Source of the DNA: Octopus bimaculoides
Taxonomy: Eukaryota
Assembly: GCF_001194135.2 (NCBI RefSeq)
Contig: NC_068989.1
Coordinates: 66,145,525 to 66,209,493 of the forward strand
DNA: 63,969 bases
Direction: 5' to 3'
This document shows, in pieces, positions 40,855-54,089 of this stretch. Both the position numbers and the translations under genes were made by a program. Positions within the stretch are counted from its first letter, which is position 1. Each line of letters starts with the position of its first letter. The notes below the pieces were generated by a model. It did no database searches, had not been told where the DNA came from, and worked only from the letters and a program-made list of their open reading frames with translations.

Positions 40855-41050
40855 GATTAGGCGCCGGACTGACAGAATCGTTAGCGACGTCGGGGAAAAA
40901 TACATATCGGCATTCGTCTTTACGTTCTCAGTTCATATCACACCGAATTCAACGTTGCCGTTCGTCCTTTCAGGGTAGATAAAAGAATTACTAGTTGAGG
41001 GTTGGGATCGAGGAAATCTATATGCACTTCCACCTGAAATTACCGGCTCT
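40855..41050 (+). mobile_element. Diverged family A SINE
   Basis: GGACTGACAGAATCGTTAGC..TTTACGTTCTCAGTTCA..CCTTTCAGGGTAGATAAA. Confidence 0.8.
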
Positions 41051-41127
41051 CTAGGCTCATTCTTCTTATTCTTCAAACATCCAAAATGACGAGACCCCTC
41101 TGTCACGAGAATGGATTACTGTACAAT

Positions 41128-41168
41128 GTCCCTTGAAAAGCTAATTTAAATAGCGAAAACCGGTTGGA
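41128..41168 (+). ncRNA. Degenerate hammerhead-like motif
   Basis: TCC-CTTGAAAA-GCTA ATTTAAA TAGC-GAAAACCGGTT-GGA: stem I TCC/GGA, stem II 4 bp, palindrome AACCGGTT. First core box corrupted. Confidence 0.45.
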
Positions 41169-41285
41169 TTTCACGACATCCATTTAATATGTATATATTT
41201 ATAAAAAGATATTAAACTATATAAAACGAAGGCATTTCTCTTCCACATTTTATACTTTTTATATTTTTTCCACATATTTTCAACC

Positions 41286-41332
<47 letters not shown>

Positions 41333-42133
41333 TNNNNNNNNNNNNNNNNNNNNNNNNNNNNNNNNNNNNNNNNNNNNNNNNNNNNNNNNNNNNNNNNNNN
41401 NNNNNNNNNNNNNNNNNNNNNNNNNNNNNNNNNNNNNNNNNNNNNNNNNNNNNNNNNNNNNNNNNNNNNNNNNNNNNNNNNNNNNNNNNNNNNNNNNNNN
41501 NNNNNNNNNNNNNNNNNNNNNNNNNNNNNNNNNNNNNNNNNNNNNNNNNNNNNNNNNNNNNNNNNNNNNNNNNNNNNNNNNNNNNNNNNNNNNNNNNNNN
41601 NNNNNNNNNNNNNNNNNNNNNNNNNNNNNNNNNNNNNNNNNNNNNNNNNNNNNNNNNNNNNNNNNNNNNNNNNNNNNNNNNNNNNNNNNNNNNNNNNNNN
41701 NNNNNNNNNNNNNNNNNNNNNNNNNNNNNNNNNNNNNNNNNNNNNNNNNNNNNNNNNNNNNNNNNNNNNNNNNNNNNNNNNNNNNNNNNNNNNNNNNNNN
41801 NNNNNNNNNNNNNNNNNNNNNNNNNNNNNNNNNNNNNNNNNNNNNNNNNNNNNNNNNNNNNNNNNNNNNNNNNNNNNNNNNNNNNNNNNNNNNNNNNNNN
41901 NNNNNNNNNNNNNNNNNNNNNNNNNNNNNNNNNNNNNNNNNNNNNNNNNNNNNNNNNNNNNNNNNNNNNNNNNNNNNNNNNNNNNNNNNNNNNNNNNNNN
42001 NNNNNNNNNNNNNNNNNNNNNNNNNNNNNNNNNNNNNNNNNNNNNNNNNNNNNNNNNNNNNNNNNNNNNNNNNNNNNNNNNNNNNNNNNNNNNNNNNNNN
42101 NNNNNNNNNNNNNNNNNNNNNNNNNNNNNNNNN

Positions 42134-42169
<36 letters not shown>

Positions 42170-42824
42170 GCGTACATATTATTTAGGCAATTAGTTTCTG
42201 TATGATAATAGCACTGTTGTCTTTTGTACCTAACAGAAATATTTGAGATATTAGAAGCCTCTTCAGACTGGAAATAGACAATGAATTTGTCAGTATAGCT
42301 TGCTTGCACCAGCTGTAAACGCTAACTAATATATTGTATTTTTTATATTGGATTGTCGCATCTTTATGAAATAACCGTATAAAAGATACTGCCGCTGTTG
42401 CTGCTGCTTTTGTTGCTGCAACGTTTTTTTCTTTTTGCTGCTACGCTGTTGTTGCTCCTGTTTAGCCCAAGGTAAGCTCTGATCAAGGAGATCTCTGATT
42501 AATAAGGCGGCCTACATTAATAGCCAACAGGTTTTATTTTCTCTTTCCTTTTCTGTTCATGCACATTTATTGTAGATAGTATTACATTATCCTATGTGTT
42601 CCATGCATTTTATTATGGAGTGGTTAGAGTACGGTTCGCACTTATTTTTATTCTTCTTTTTTTTTGTTTGCTTTCTTCTTATACTATCAGTCGTTGGACA
42701 TGCGATCCCACTATAGTACCCTGCAGAAAGATTTTATCGAACATTTCTAAACCCAGTAATTGTTCTATCGGTAGATTTTTATGGAACTCCTAATTCATGG
42801 AACGTAAAGCGTTCATCAAGCGGT

Positions 42825-43020
42825 AGGGCGGGACCAAGCACAAACACAAAGACATACACACATAGATACTCTTTACTCTCTTTTACTCTTTTACTTGTTT
42901 CAGTCATTTGACTGCGGCCATGCTGGAGCACCGCCTTTAGTCGAGCAAATCGACCCCAGGACTTATTCTTTGTAAGCGTAGTACTTATTCAATCGTTTTT
43001 TTTGCCGAACCGCTAAGTCA
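42825..43020 (-). mobile_element. Family C CORE SINE, 3' half
   Basis: TTTACTTGTTTCAGTCATTTGACTGCGGCCATGCTGGAGCACCGCCTTTAGTCGAG, about 90% identical by eye to 44670-44800. Confidence 0.9.
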
Positions 43021-43320
43021 GTCGTGTGTGTGTGTGTGTGTGTGTGTTTATGTGTGTGTGCGTGTGTTGTGTGTGTGTGTGTGTGTGTGTGTGCGCGTGT
43101 GTGTGTGTGTTGGAATTATTCCAAAAGCGTGGTCCCCGTATAAAGGTAGCCATAAGATAGATATTAGGAGTAAATCAGATGACATATTAAGTCTGCCTTC
43201 CAAATTTGGTGAGATTTTGATTTCAGTAGATGACGGGTTTAGTAGCTATTACATGAAGGTTGAGCAACCACGTAAATTTTACCCCTCACATTTTGATTAT
43301 TTTAAAGCACGTTTATAATA

Positions 43321-43566
43321 CAGAGTGCAACAAAATAAACCTCCCTTATTCAACATTCTTATAAACGTTTCATGCATGCATTTTTCACATAGATTCAAAT
43401 CATGATGGTTACTAACAAGAAAAAAGTGGCAAAACATTGAATACGTGAAGACACCGTTACCATTTGCCTGAGTTCACCGAAGTTCACGTCAATGAGCACG
43501 TCGCGTCAATGAGCACGTCACGTCAATGAGCGCGTAATATAAGGAAGATTTTTCAGTAACACCATG
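43321..43566. mobile_element. Degenerate Tc1/mariner-type MITE with an internal 17-bp x3 repeat
   Basis: TA on both sides. CAGAGTGCAACAAAATAAACCTCC versus reverse-complement CATGGTGTTACTGAAAAATCTTCC. Repeat CRCGTCAATGAGCRCGT at 43485-43535. Confidence 0.55.
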
Positions 43567-44669
43567 TAATATTCAGGAGTTATATAAACTTTAATTTCTT
43601 TTTTATTTTATTTCATATATTATCCAAAATTTCTTTACTGTGTTCTTTGTAACACTTCCCAAATTATAATTTTATGTATTCAGAAGTGTTTTAGCTTCTC
43701 TTTGTTTTTGTTTTGCATTGCTTTTTAATTGATAAAGCACGAAACTGTTTTCAATTCAAAGCGGAAATAATTCACTTATCAATGATTTTTGTTTTTCTTT
43801 TTGTTTCTTTTCCAAAGTTTTGCAAATTCTCTTTTATTTGTTTTTAAGAAGTTAGAAACCATATTAATATTAAAACACATTTCCCTTCCATCTGATAGCA
43901 AACTCTCTGATTAAAAGCAATTTCCAAAACGTTTAAAATTCACACAAATTCCCGAAATAAAATTATAAATAGTCACACATACAACATCTTCTATAGCTTT
44001 AATACTAATCTTATTAAGTTATTTCAAACGTTTTGACTAATTCTGGTAAAATTGAGGTAAAATGCAGTTTATGTAACATAAATGATAACTCAATAGATAA
44101 TTATAATGTCCATAATGGATTAAATGGGTTTTAGTGTTCAACGTATTTGAATAGCATTACAGTGAAGTTCTGTGTGTGAAGATTCTTTCTCCTTATACAA
44201 TCCACTTCACATTCACTTAAATTTTGTTTAGCCAAAGCTGAAGAGTTTTCTCTGCATTTTCATTGCACGTTGCGAGGACAGTAAAAACTGCACGATTCTT
44301 GAATTAGGAACGATGTCGAAAAGTATATTAAGGCGCGTGGAATAATGGTTAGACCAATAATTGTTAAAGTGGTTGCTATTGACTTCTTGAAGATATATGT
44401 GGCTCTCAAAGGGGTTGATAAACACCAAGACCGATTTTGAGCTTTAATGACGTTGAGTTATTTGTAAACTGAATTGGTAAGAGCAGGGGAAATTGGTGCT
44501 AAACGTCATTAATTTCGAGCCAAATGTTGATCCAGTAACTAGTATTTACCAAACTAATATTTGACACTAAATATCTCGACTACATCAATATGATATGATT
44601 AAAATATGTATTGATCTTTATCAATTTCGTTAGATATCTTCTATAATTTTCTTTAAATATTTCTTACTA

Positions 44670-44936
44670 TTTTACTTGTTTCAGTCTTTTGACTGCGGCC
44701 ATGCTGGAGCACGGCCTTTAGTCGAGAAAATCGGCCCCAGAACTTATTCTTTGTAAGCCAAGTACTTATTCTATTAGTCTATTTTGCCGAACCGCTAAGT
44801 TACGGGAACGTAAACACACCAACAACGATTGTCAGGCAATAGTGGGGGGGGGCACAAACACAGACACACACACAAACATACAAACACACAAACACGCACG
44901 CATGCACACACACAGACACATATATATATATATATG

Positions 44937-45035
<99 letters not shown>

Positions 45036-45178
45036 TATATATACTATATATACACGACAGGCTCCTTTCTGTTTCCGTCTACCAAAACCACTCACAAGAC
45101 TTTGGTCGACTTGAAGCTATAGTAGAAAACACTCGCCCAAGGTGCCACGCAGTGGGTCTGAACCCGAAACCATCTGGT
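44670..45178 (-). mobile_element. Family C tRNA-derived CORE SINE with internal (TA)n/(TG)n; A box lost
   Basis: Minus strand GGGTTCAGACCC (B box), GCACCTTGGGCGAGTGTTTT (CORE-like), microsatellite at about 44860-45055, conserved tail. Confidence 0.9.
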
Positions 45179-45805
45179 GTAATAGATACACTATGACTGA
45201 GAAAATCTCACTAGATTATCAAGGCTGAAATGCACAGAATTATGGGTCTATTAGAACATAGCTAACCTTGAGCTAAATAATAATAATAATAACAAGAGTC
45301 ATAACAACCACAACAATAACAAGAACATAAATATTTAGTGCAATATTACTAAATTAGTGATAAAAGCTTATCATAGTAGTTTTCGTGTTTTCTAGCTTTT
45401 GCAAGATGGAAACAGTTTCGTTATTAATTTACTTTTTTTAATCTCATGTGATTTGGTTTACGCTGTTAAAACTTGAATTAATGATTTCAAACTTCGCATC
45501 CACTATAAAAATATAAGGTATTAGTGCTCAGTTAAAATGTAACCAAGAATAATATACGTATATTCAGTGTAATGATTCTAATGTAAGTATATTTATCTAT
45601 GTATGTAAGCGAAAAAGTATTAGTGGTCTTTTTCTCACCATCCAACACACCGACCCTAAGCAACCCGTGTCTTATCATCGCGTCTGACACCAACTATCTT
45701 ATGAAGTAATAAAACAGAAGTAATAGTACCTCATATGTGCCACGTCTCCGAAGAAATGGAATTGAAGGTATTCTTATCCCTGAGATTTATTGTTATTAAT
45801 TCAAG

Positions 45806-45970
45806 ATTTTAGGCGGTGAGCTGGCAGAATCGTTAGCACGCTTTGCGTCATTTCGTCCGAGGTCGACTTTGCCTTTCATTCTTTCCAGGTCGATAAAATA
45901 AGTAGCATTTGTGCACGGGATTCTATGTAATTGATTTACTCCCTCCTCCGAAATTTTGAAATTTGAAATC
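45806..45970 (+). mobile_element. Family A SINE, B box deleted, 11-bp TSD
   Basis: ATTAATTCAAG at 45795-45805 and 45971-45981. Internal ~30-nt deletion joins TTTCGTCCG to AGGTCGAC. Confidence 0.9.
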
Positions 45971-46423
45971 ATTAATTCAAGTTTTGACATTCATTCTAAA
46001 ACCTGAGCCCAGGAGAGTATCATTATAAGACAGAAGCCCTAACTACAAGACTATACTGCTACACTGAGAGACAGATAACCATCACAAAATGAGTAGATAT
46101 AAGAATGTTGTTGGTATATATATATATATATATNNNNNNNNNNNNNNNNNNNNNNNNNNNNNNNNNNNNNNNNNNNNNNNNNNNNNNNNNNNNNNNNNNN
46201 NNNNNNNNNNNNNNNNNNNNNNNNNNNNNNNNNNNNNNNNNNNNNNNNNNNNNNNNNNNNNNNNNNNNNNNNNNNNNNNNNNNNNNNNNNNNNNNNNNNN
46301 NNNNNNNNNNNNNNNNNNNNNNNNNNNNNNNNNNNNNNNNNNNNNNNNNNNNNNNNNNNNNNNNNNNNNNNNNNNNNNNNNNNNNNNNNNNNNNNNNNNN
46401 NNNNNNNNNNNNNNNNNNNNNNN

Positions 46424-46498
<75 letters not shown>

Positions 46499-46789
46499 AG
46501 AGACAGACAGACAGACAAACAAAGAAACACAGAGACACACAGTACCATATTACACGTATATATTTATATATATACAAATTGAGAGGCGAAACTTTGTTAT
46601 TCCCTTCCTCTCCGACCGCATAGAGACATCCAAATTTACGAACTCCAATAATCAAACATTGTTTACTTAGCTTCCAGTGCTGAATTCTTCCTTTGGGTAT
46701 AAAATACAGACAAATGATCAAGAGCAAGCTTACTTGATTTAGATACACTGAAAGAAAACCAGAAAATATAGATTTCAAATGTTCGTACA

Positions 46790-46950
46790 AGACCTGCACG
46801 TCTGTGTGAAGAGATAAGTGGATTACATCGGACCAATATTCCAGTGGTACTTATTTTATTGCCGGAATTTGAATATAGAATGTAAATAAACGGACGAAAG
46901 AGCCTCAAAACATTTTGCCCGGCGTGCTAAGAGCTTTGCCAGCTTGCCAC
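46790..46950 (-). mobile_element. Internally deleted family A SINE
   Basis: GGTACTTATTTTATT/GCCGGAATTTGAA..CATTTTGCCCGGCGTGCTAA..GCCAGCTTGCCACC. Confidence 0.85.
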
Positions 46951-47749
46951 CAGAAAAACATTATATGTATATAATATATCGTTATTTAACATATAATATT
47001 ATGTTATCAAGCTGATGTTTATTGTTACACCTATAAGCTACCATACCAATGCACTACGAAAGTAAGACGCATCACAGATTTCAATTCTTCTATTTGCTGA
47101 AATCGATAAGTTTCCTTGATATCTTTAATCAGAAGAACAAAAAATTCAAGCAATCGACTTTATTTATCGTTCTAGATTGTGGGATAAGTAATATTATTTC
47201 TACGCACTTCTTAATCTGTTTCCAGATTTCATTGTTAAGAAGGAATTTATCACTTCAAAAATGATTCTTCTGCGATTTATATATATATATATATATATAT
47301 NNNNNNNNNNNNNNNNNNNNNNNNNNNNNNNNNNNNNNNNNNNNNNNNNNNNNNNNNNNNNNNNNNNNNNNNNNNNNNNNNNNNNNNNNNNNNNNNNNNN
47401 NNNNNNNNNNNNNNNNNNNNNNNNNNNNNNNNNNNNNNTATATACATAACTTTATATATTTATATATATATGTGTGTATAGATAGAGAGATATAGATACA
47501 CACACACACAAATACATATCTAGATAGACACGTGCACACATACAAACGCAGACACACACACGCACACACACACACTTACACACACACACACACGTATATA
47601 TATCTCCGAGAGCAGATGAAAACAGTCTAAGATTTTTATTGTAGCATCGTAAATTACATAAGCTTTGGATATTCAATGAATTCCATGGAGTTCGAAGCAT
47701 TGGTTAACTGTTATGATATCTCATTCGATACAGCAATTCTTTAATAGAT

Positions 47750-48281
<532 letters not shown>

Positions 48282-49077
48282 CTTACATATATACCTACAT
48301 ATATACATAAATGCATATATACATATGAAAAAATATTCAATAACTTATCATCATTTTAATCTTTTCTTTTGTATTAATCAAGCCACATATTATAATTCAT
48401 TATTCATACTGGCTTATTTTCAATCTGAATTTAGATTTGAGCATGACTGACAAATCTTGATTAACGACAATAAATCTCAAGAACGAGATTGTTGATTTTG
48501 TAATCTCATTCATCAAACACAATCTGTTGATTATTAAGAGAAATACGACGAGGCTTAGTTATATTCTTGACAGGATATATTATCGAGATGTTTCATTTTT
48601 ATTACATAAGAACATCAAACTAATTTATAATTATTGAAGTTGGCAAGCCTATAACATCTTTGTAAACAATACGAAAAATACTTTAACAATAATAATCTCA
48701 ATCTTCTAAGCTGATAAACTTATTATTTTAACTGGTATCAAGTTATGTTCTTTCTTTCTTTCGTATGAAATAATATAGCGTATTTTATTGTGCATTGTAT
48801 CGTTCATACACTTACCCAATTCTCTTTATGATTGTATTCTTATACCTATAACAGGTATATTTGTCCTATCTAACCAGATTCCCACTCATTTATTTCCTTT
48901 TTGTATTCAATAAGGATATATTTATTACCTTCAATTTTTATCTCTCTATTCTCTCTCTTTCATTGTCTCCCTCTATCTTTCTCTTTGTCTCTACTTCGTC
49001 TTCTTTGGCATCTATCTTTCTCATATTTCATATATATTTTTGTGCGTGTGTATTTTTTGTTTGCCTGTGTGTGTATG

Positions 49078-49130
<53 letters not shown>

Positions 49131-49162
49131 GGACGTATTTACATTAACATTGATATTTAGAT

Positions 49163-49561
49163 TATTTACATTATTTACATTTGACGGATATTCGTCCTCA
49201 TCTTGTTTGTTGTTAACACAACGTTTCGGCTGATATACCCTCCAGCCCACGGGCATATGGCGTAGTGGTTAAGAGCGCGGGCTACTAACCCCAAGGTTTC
49301 GAGTTCGATTCACGGCAGCGACCTGATTAATAATAGTAATAATAATAATAATAATAATATAATAATAATAATAATAATAATAGTAACATCGATAGGAATG
49401 AGAACCCAGATTCAAAATTTCCCCAAGACACCTGACGAAGGCTGGAGGGTATATCAGCCGAAACGTTGTGTTAACAACAAACAAGATGAGGACGAATATC
49501 CGTTAAATGTAAATAATGTAAATAATGTAAATAATTCCTCATCTCTTAAATATAGAACTGT
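49163..49561 (+). mobile_element. Hammerhead-bearing tRNA-derived SINE with 87-bp inverted arm and 14-bp TSD
   Basis: TSD ATTGATATTTAGAT at 49149-49162 and 49562-49575. Arm 49161-49247 equals the reverse complement of 49440-49526 (1 mismatch). A box 49258-49268, B box 49303-49311, (AAT)n 49327-49385. Confidence 0.9.
49427..49472 (+). ncRNA. Minimal type I hammerhead ribozyme (PLE type); predicted cleavage after GUU at 49467
   Basis: GACAC-CTGACGA-A-GGCTG GAGGGTATAT CAGCC-GAAA-CGT-T-GTGTT. Intact CUGANGA and GAAA boxes, 5-bp stem I, 5-bp stem II, palindromic ACGU in place of stem III. Confidence 0.8.
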
Positions 49562-49674
49562 ATTGATATTTAGATATATATATATATATACAAATATATA
49601 TACATATATATATTGCACACACACAAATAAACACGCACACAGACACACACGCACGCACACACATATATATATGT

Positions 49675-49860
49675 AACTACGCGTGGACTGTTAGCGACTT
49701 TTCCTTCCTTTTCTTCTGGACTTTCCTGTTTCCTGTCTCCGAAGAAGATCTATACTCGAAACGTAAAACAACCACTCTTTCCTTCTCTGAGCGTCTTATT
49801 AATAGTTTGCATGTGCTACGTCCACGCATTGTTGTTTTTTCTTGTTGTCTTTTTTTCTCC
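49675..49860 (+). mobile_element. Short repeat with degenerate hammerhead-like motif at 49735-49769
   Basis: GTCT-CCGAAGA-A-GA TCTATAC TC-GAAA-CGT-A-AAAC. U4 is replaced by C, stems eroded. Confidence 0.5.
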
Positions 49861-49878
49861 GTTTTTTTTTATCAAATA

Positions 49879-49929
<51 letters not shown>

Positions 49930-49932
<3 letters not shown>

Positions 49933-50030
49933 TGTAGTATACCCACGAGCCGGTTAAAGCCTTGTGAGTGGATTTGGTAGACGGAGACTCGAAGACTGCC
50001 GTCTCTCTCGCGCGCGCGTGTGTATGTGTG
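49930..50030 (+). mobile_element. Family C SINE fragment
   Basis: AAAGCCTTGTGAGTGGATTTGGTAGACGGA matches the reverse complement of 45075-45105. Confidence 0.85.
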
Positions 50031-50034
50031 TTGC

Positions 50035-51134
50035 TCTACGAGACTCTGGATGGAGGAAATAAAGACGAAGTAGAGTCACTTGATCCCAAAGAAGTAACTT
50101 CATTTTGGAGCGACGAGATCTGGTCAGAAAATGTCAAACACACCAACAGGGCACACTGGCTCCATGAAGTAGAAGAAGAATTCAATGACATGAATATACA
50201 AGGGGACATTGCCATCATGCTGGGGGATACTCAATGAGAAAATGGAAGGCAACTGGCAAAACTAGTTCAGGGTTTTTGGTCTAAGGTTTTGACGAATTTT
50301 CATCCCCAATCACAAAAACTCCTGTAAGGCTATGTACACCAAGGATTTATGCAACAATAGATAGTCAAATGAGGAAATGTATCGACCCTAAAAGAGCTGC
50401 CCAAAGGTGTCGGCCAGTAGCTATCATCCGATTGCCTGTTTATCTATGATGCGGAAGCTTCTAACCAGAATAATGAGAAAGAAATTTTACTACAATCCTG
50501 AAAGAAATGAACTGCTAGCAGATGAATAGACAGGCTTCGGGAAGCGGTCACGAGGAACAAAGGATCGGGTGCTAATAGATAAGGCTATTAGGTACTGCCG
50601 GAGAAGGGTGACAAACCCTTCAATGGCTTGGAATTCAGGGAAGTGTCCCCTTGCGTGATATACTACAGAAAGCAAAGTCGGGGTATGATCCGGGAAGAAG
50701 TAAAGGAAGACTGAACCAAACTGCAGTGTGTGTGACGGAGTCGGAGAATACCAAAATCCTCTGGGATTTCCCATTCCAAACGGATCAGGTGCTAGAGCTT
50801 AACAGACCTAGCGGTGGTGGACATGATGCACCACATTTCCTATATAGTTGATATTATGTGCCCTTTTGACCCATGAATATTCATGAAGAAAGGCTAAAAG
50901 ATAGATAAATACAACCCTCTTAAATACAAAATAGCCCAGCAATGGAAAATGAAGGTGAAGATAGTGCCAATTATTGTTGGGTTGTTGAGAATAGTATCAA
51001 ATGGTATCAAGAGGAATATAAAGGAAATTGGAATAGCTGAAAAGAATGGATAGCATTGTAGCGTAGGCTGCAGGTCGCCAGCCCACTACGCATGTAAGAA
51101 TCCATGAGCTCTAACAAAACCTATGATAAAGAGA

Positions 51135-51135
<1 letters not shown>
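50035..51135 (+). mobile_element. Internally deleted R4/Dong-clade non-LTR retrotransposon (RT N-half plus RLE), pseudogenised
   Basis: FWS.EIWS..VKH..AHWL, VQGFWSK, SSYHPIACLSMMRKLLTRI, GTKDRVLIDKAI, SMAW, then a deletion near 50635. RLE: ENTKILWDFPFQTD..NRP, VDIMCP, KIDKY, VKIVPIIVG. Ends in (GAT)n/(AAT)n. Confidence 0.9.
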
Positions 51136-51249
<114 letters not shown>

Positions 51250-51256
51250 TCTATTA

Positions 51257-51450
51257 AAGGTACAAGGTCTAAAATTTGGGGGGAGGGCCCTAATTGATTA
51301 CGTCGACCCCAGTGTTTCACTGGTACTTAATTTATCGACCCCGTCTGGATGAAAGGCAGAGTCGACCCCAGCGGAATTTGAACTCAGAATATAAAGACGG
51401 GCGAAATGCTGTCAAGCATTTTACTTGGAATGCTGACGATTCTATCAGCT
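51257..51450 (-). mobile_element. Family A SINE
   Basis: GGTACTTAATTTATCGACCCC..GGATGAAAGGCAGAGTCGACC..GGAATTTGAACTCAGAA. Confidence 0.9.
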
Positions 51451-54044
51451 AGTAGTAGTAGTAGTAGAAGTTAATACTAATACATCTACTATATCTCGTT
51501 CCCTTCCCTTATGCGAACAAAATAGCGAAGAAAGGAAGAAAGAAGCTGAGCTGATGACGACGAATCGGATTTGGTGTGCTTAGAAGTAAAGATAACTGCA
51601 TCTTGAATATCTAATCGTGGATTTTAAAAGAGTGAACTGAGTTATTATCTGAAAATAATACTAATATTGTAGACCAGCTGTGCATCTCTACTGTAACTGA
51701 AAATAAACTGAAGCAGGCATACAAATAATGTTTACACAGAGCTCTGTCGCGAATCCTAACGTTCGAACTTACATCTGTATGAAATTCTTAACTTAACAAA
51801 GAAGGTAGTACACATGCGTATTTATGTATGTATGTGGAAGGGGGGAGCGTTTTGTTACATTTTATTTTTTTTTCTAAACTCATTACTTTCACGCAGCGCG
51901 TGAACAACGAACGTTTATTTTAGGCAGTTGCTTCTGGATAAGAACCCTATAGTACACACGTCCAATAATATAAATATTCTAACAATTCCTTTTTTAAGTG
52001 AATACCGTTACTCATTAGATAATTTCTATGTTATTACATTCATTCTTGAAGACATCCACCTAAAAATATTTCTCTATTAATTATATATTTTAAGCCACTT
52101 TAACAAATCTGTCAGCGATATTAATCTGCACCGGAATTAACTATTGATATCAACATATTCAATCAGATTTTGTTGTAATTTATGAATGGTATCTGAGTTC
52201 ATTTACATATATTAATGATATATGATCGAAGTTCGAAGCTGATAGAGCTATTCATAGATTATTTTGTATATAAAGAAAAAAACATTATTTTTCAAATCAA
52301 CTCGTATTTTAGACCCTGATAGTCTCAGCACGTATTTATTTCATGTATGATTTAGGAGACATTCTAAAGTAGGCAATACAATTTTACATTAGCGTAGATG
52401 AAAAGTATTAGTAAAGTAGCCATATTTGTGTTCATCGATATTTCCAATAGCATAACGTGGATTATTGCATACTGACTCTTTCGTATGACTTATATCCGTT
52501 TTAATTACACGGGGAGATTCTAACATCAGTGTATAAGTACTTCAGTACTTCACTTCAGGACATGATGCAACAGGATACGAAACAACACACGACGAATAAT
52601 AAAACCAACACTTTTTACACGTAACTCACACATACTTTACTATGAAGCATTGAAATGATGTTAATTATACATTTGTGCTTCGTGACAAGTCGATGAGTGT
52701 GGTCCTACCAGATGAAACATTTCATGTTTTCTCAATCAACTTTTCTGATTGGCTGTTTGTCGTCGTTATATATGCAGAACTGCAGAACAATGCTTTTTGT
52801 TATATTACTTGCAAACTAGCTCAGCCTTATTTTTTTTTCTATGTACTTTTATCCATTACAATAGATGATCAATTATATTTTCTAATGTTGACTCTACAGC
52901 AAGCTCAACTCATAAAATAATAAAACAAATACAGAACGTCCTTACAGATAATACTAATTGCCAGACTAGGATCAAACACCTGAATATTTCTCATTACTAG
53001 AAAGCTAACATCTGACTAATTCTCATTAATAGACCGCTATTCACTAAATTAATATTAATTTTATGTGTCGACTTCAAAATACTTCGACAACGAAAAAAGT
53101 ATTAACAGTATTTACATTTTTTAACGATACTCATATTTTAAGTTTAAAAAAGTTAATTCAAATTATTTTATTATGAGATTCCAACTAGTTATAAAATTAG
53201 AGATCAACATAGTAAGAATCAGAGTAAAATTTGGATAAGATTCTATATTTCTTATTGTAGCTGCTTCGCATTAATATGATAATGGCATAAACGCCAGGAT
53301 TCCCACTCCCAACACCCAAAAGTCAACATTCTGATCGCCTATTAATGAATTTCTCTGCTCACATCATGTCGTTCTCTCTCGTCTTAGGGTATTAGGTTTT
53401 GTTCTAGTGATTGCGTCGGCCATATTGTGACAAATTGTAAACCTGTTCTCTCCCTCTATCGCTATTGTGTCATAAATCGGGTCTCCGCTAACGACTTGCC
53501 CATTCGTTTCTTTATGCTATTCTATCCATCTTTTCTTCTCTCCATCCTTCCTTCTTTCACCTTCCATAGTTATTTCCAGAATGATCTTTGCACTATCACA
53601 GCTTTCTATTCTTCTCCGTTGTGAGAGGGTTGTTATGGTCTAGATATTAGTTGAGGCTAGATTAATCTCAATGAAAGACACGCAAAAATACTAATTTTGA
53701 GACAAAATAGATTAAATATTACTGAAACATTACATCCCATAGTCACGCCTTCAACACATTTATTTCGTTTTAGATTCGACACAGATTACTAATTACGAGT
53801 GATATGAATATACATGCAGTTACTTGTGTTAGCCTTTGTATACGAAAGGTTGTAACATATGCATGCGAAAGATCGAGTGAACGCCAGCAGAATTTGGATT
53901 CATAATGCCTTAACACTATCAAGTTTGGTTTGAATATACGTTGTGTGAGTGCGTGCGTGAGTGCGTGTGTGCATACGTGCGTGTGTGCGTGTGCGTGTGC
54001 CTGTGTGTATGTGTATTCGTGTGTTTGTTTGTGGGCGCGCGTGT

Positions 54045-54089
<45 letters not shown>

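Noticed and set aside
42684-42748. Possible exon SLDMRSHYSTLQKDFIEHF* after a pyrimidine tract
   Set aside because: Only 19 codons, no recognisable homolog; expected by chance.
49251-49325. Functional tRNA gene
   Set aside because: No proper acceptor stem, no T4 terminator, and embedded in a TSD-flanked element. It is a SINE head; the same applies to 25893 and 57413.
51550-51575. CTGATGA-CGA CGAA TCG as a hammerhead
   Set aside because: Followed by GATT rather than GAAA, and no stem I. CTGATGA at 58567, 62461 and 62583 likewise lacks the second box.
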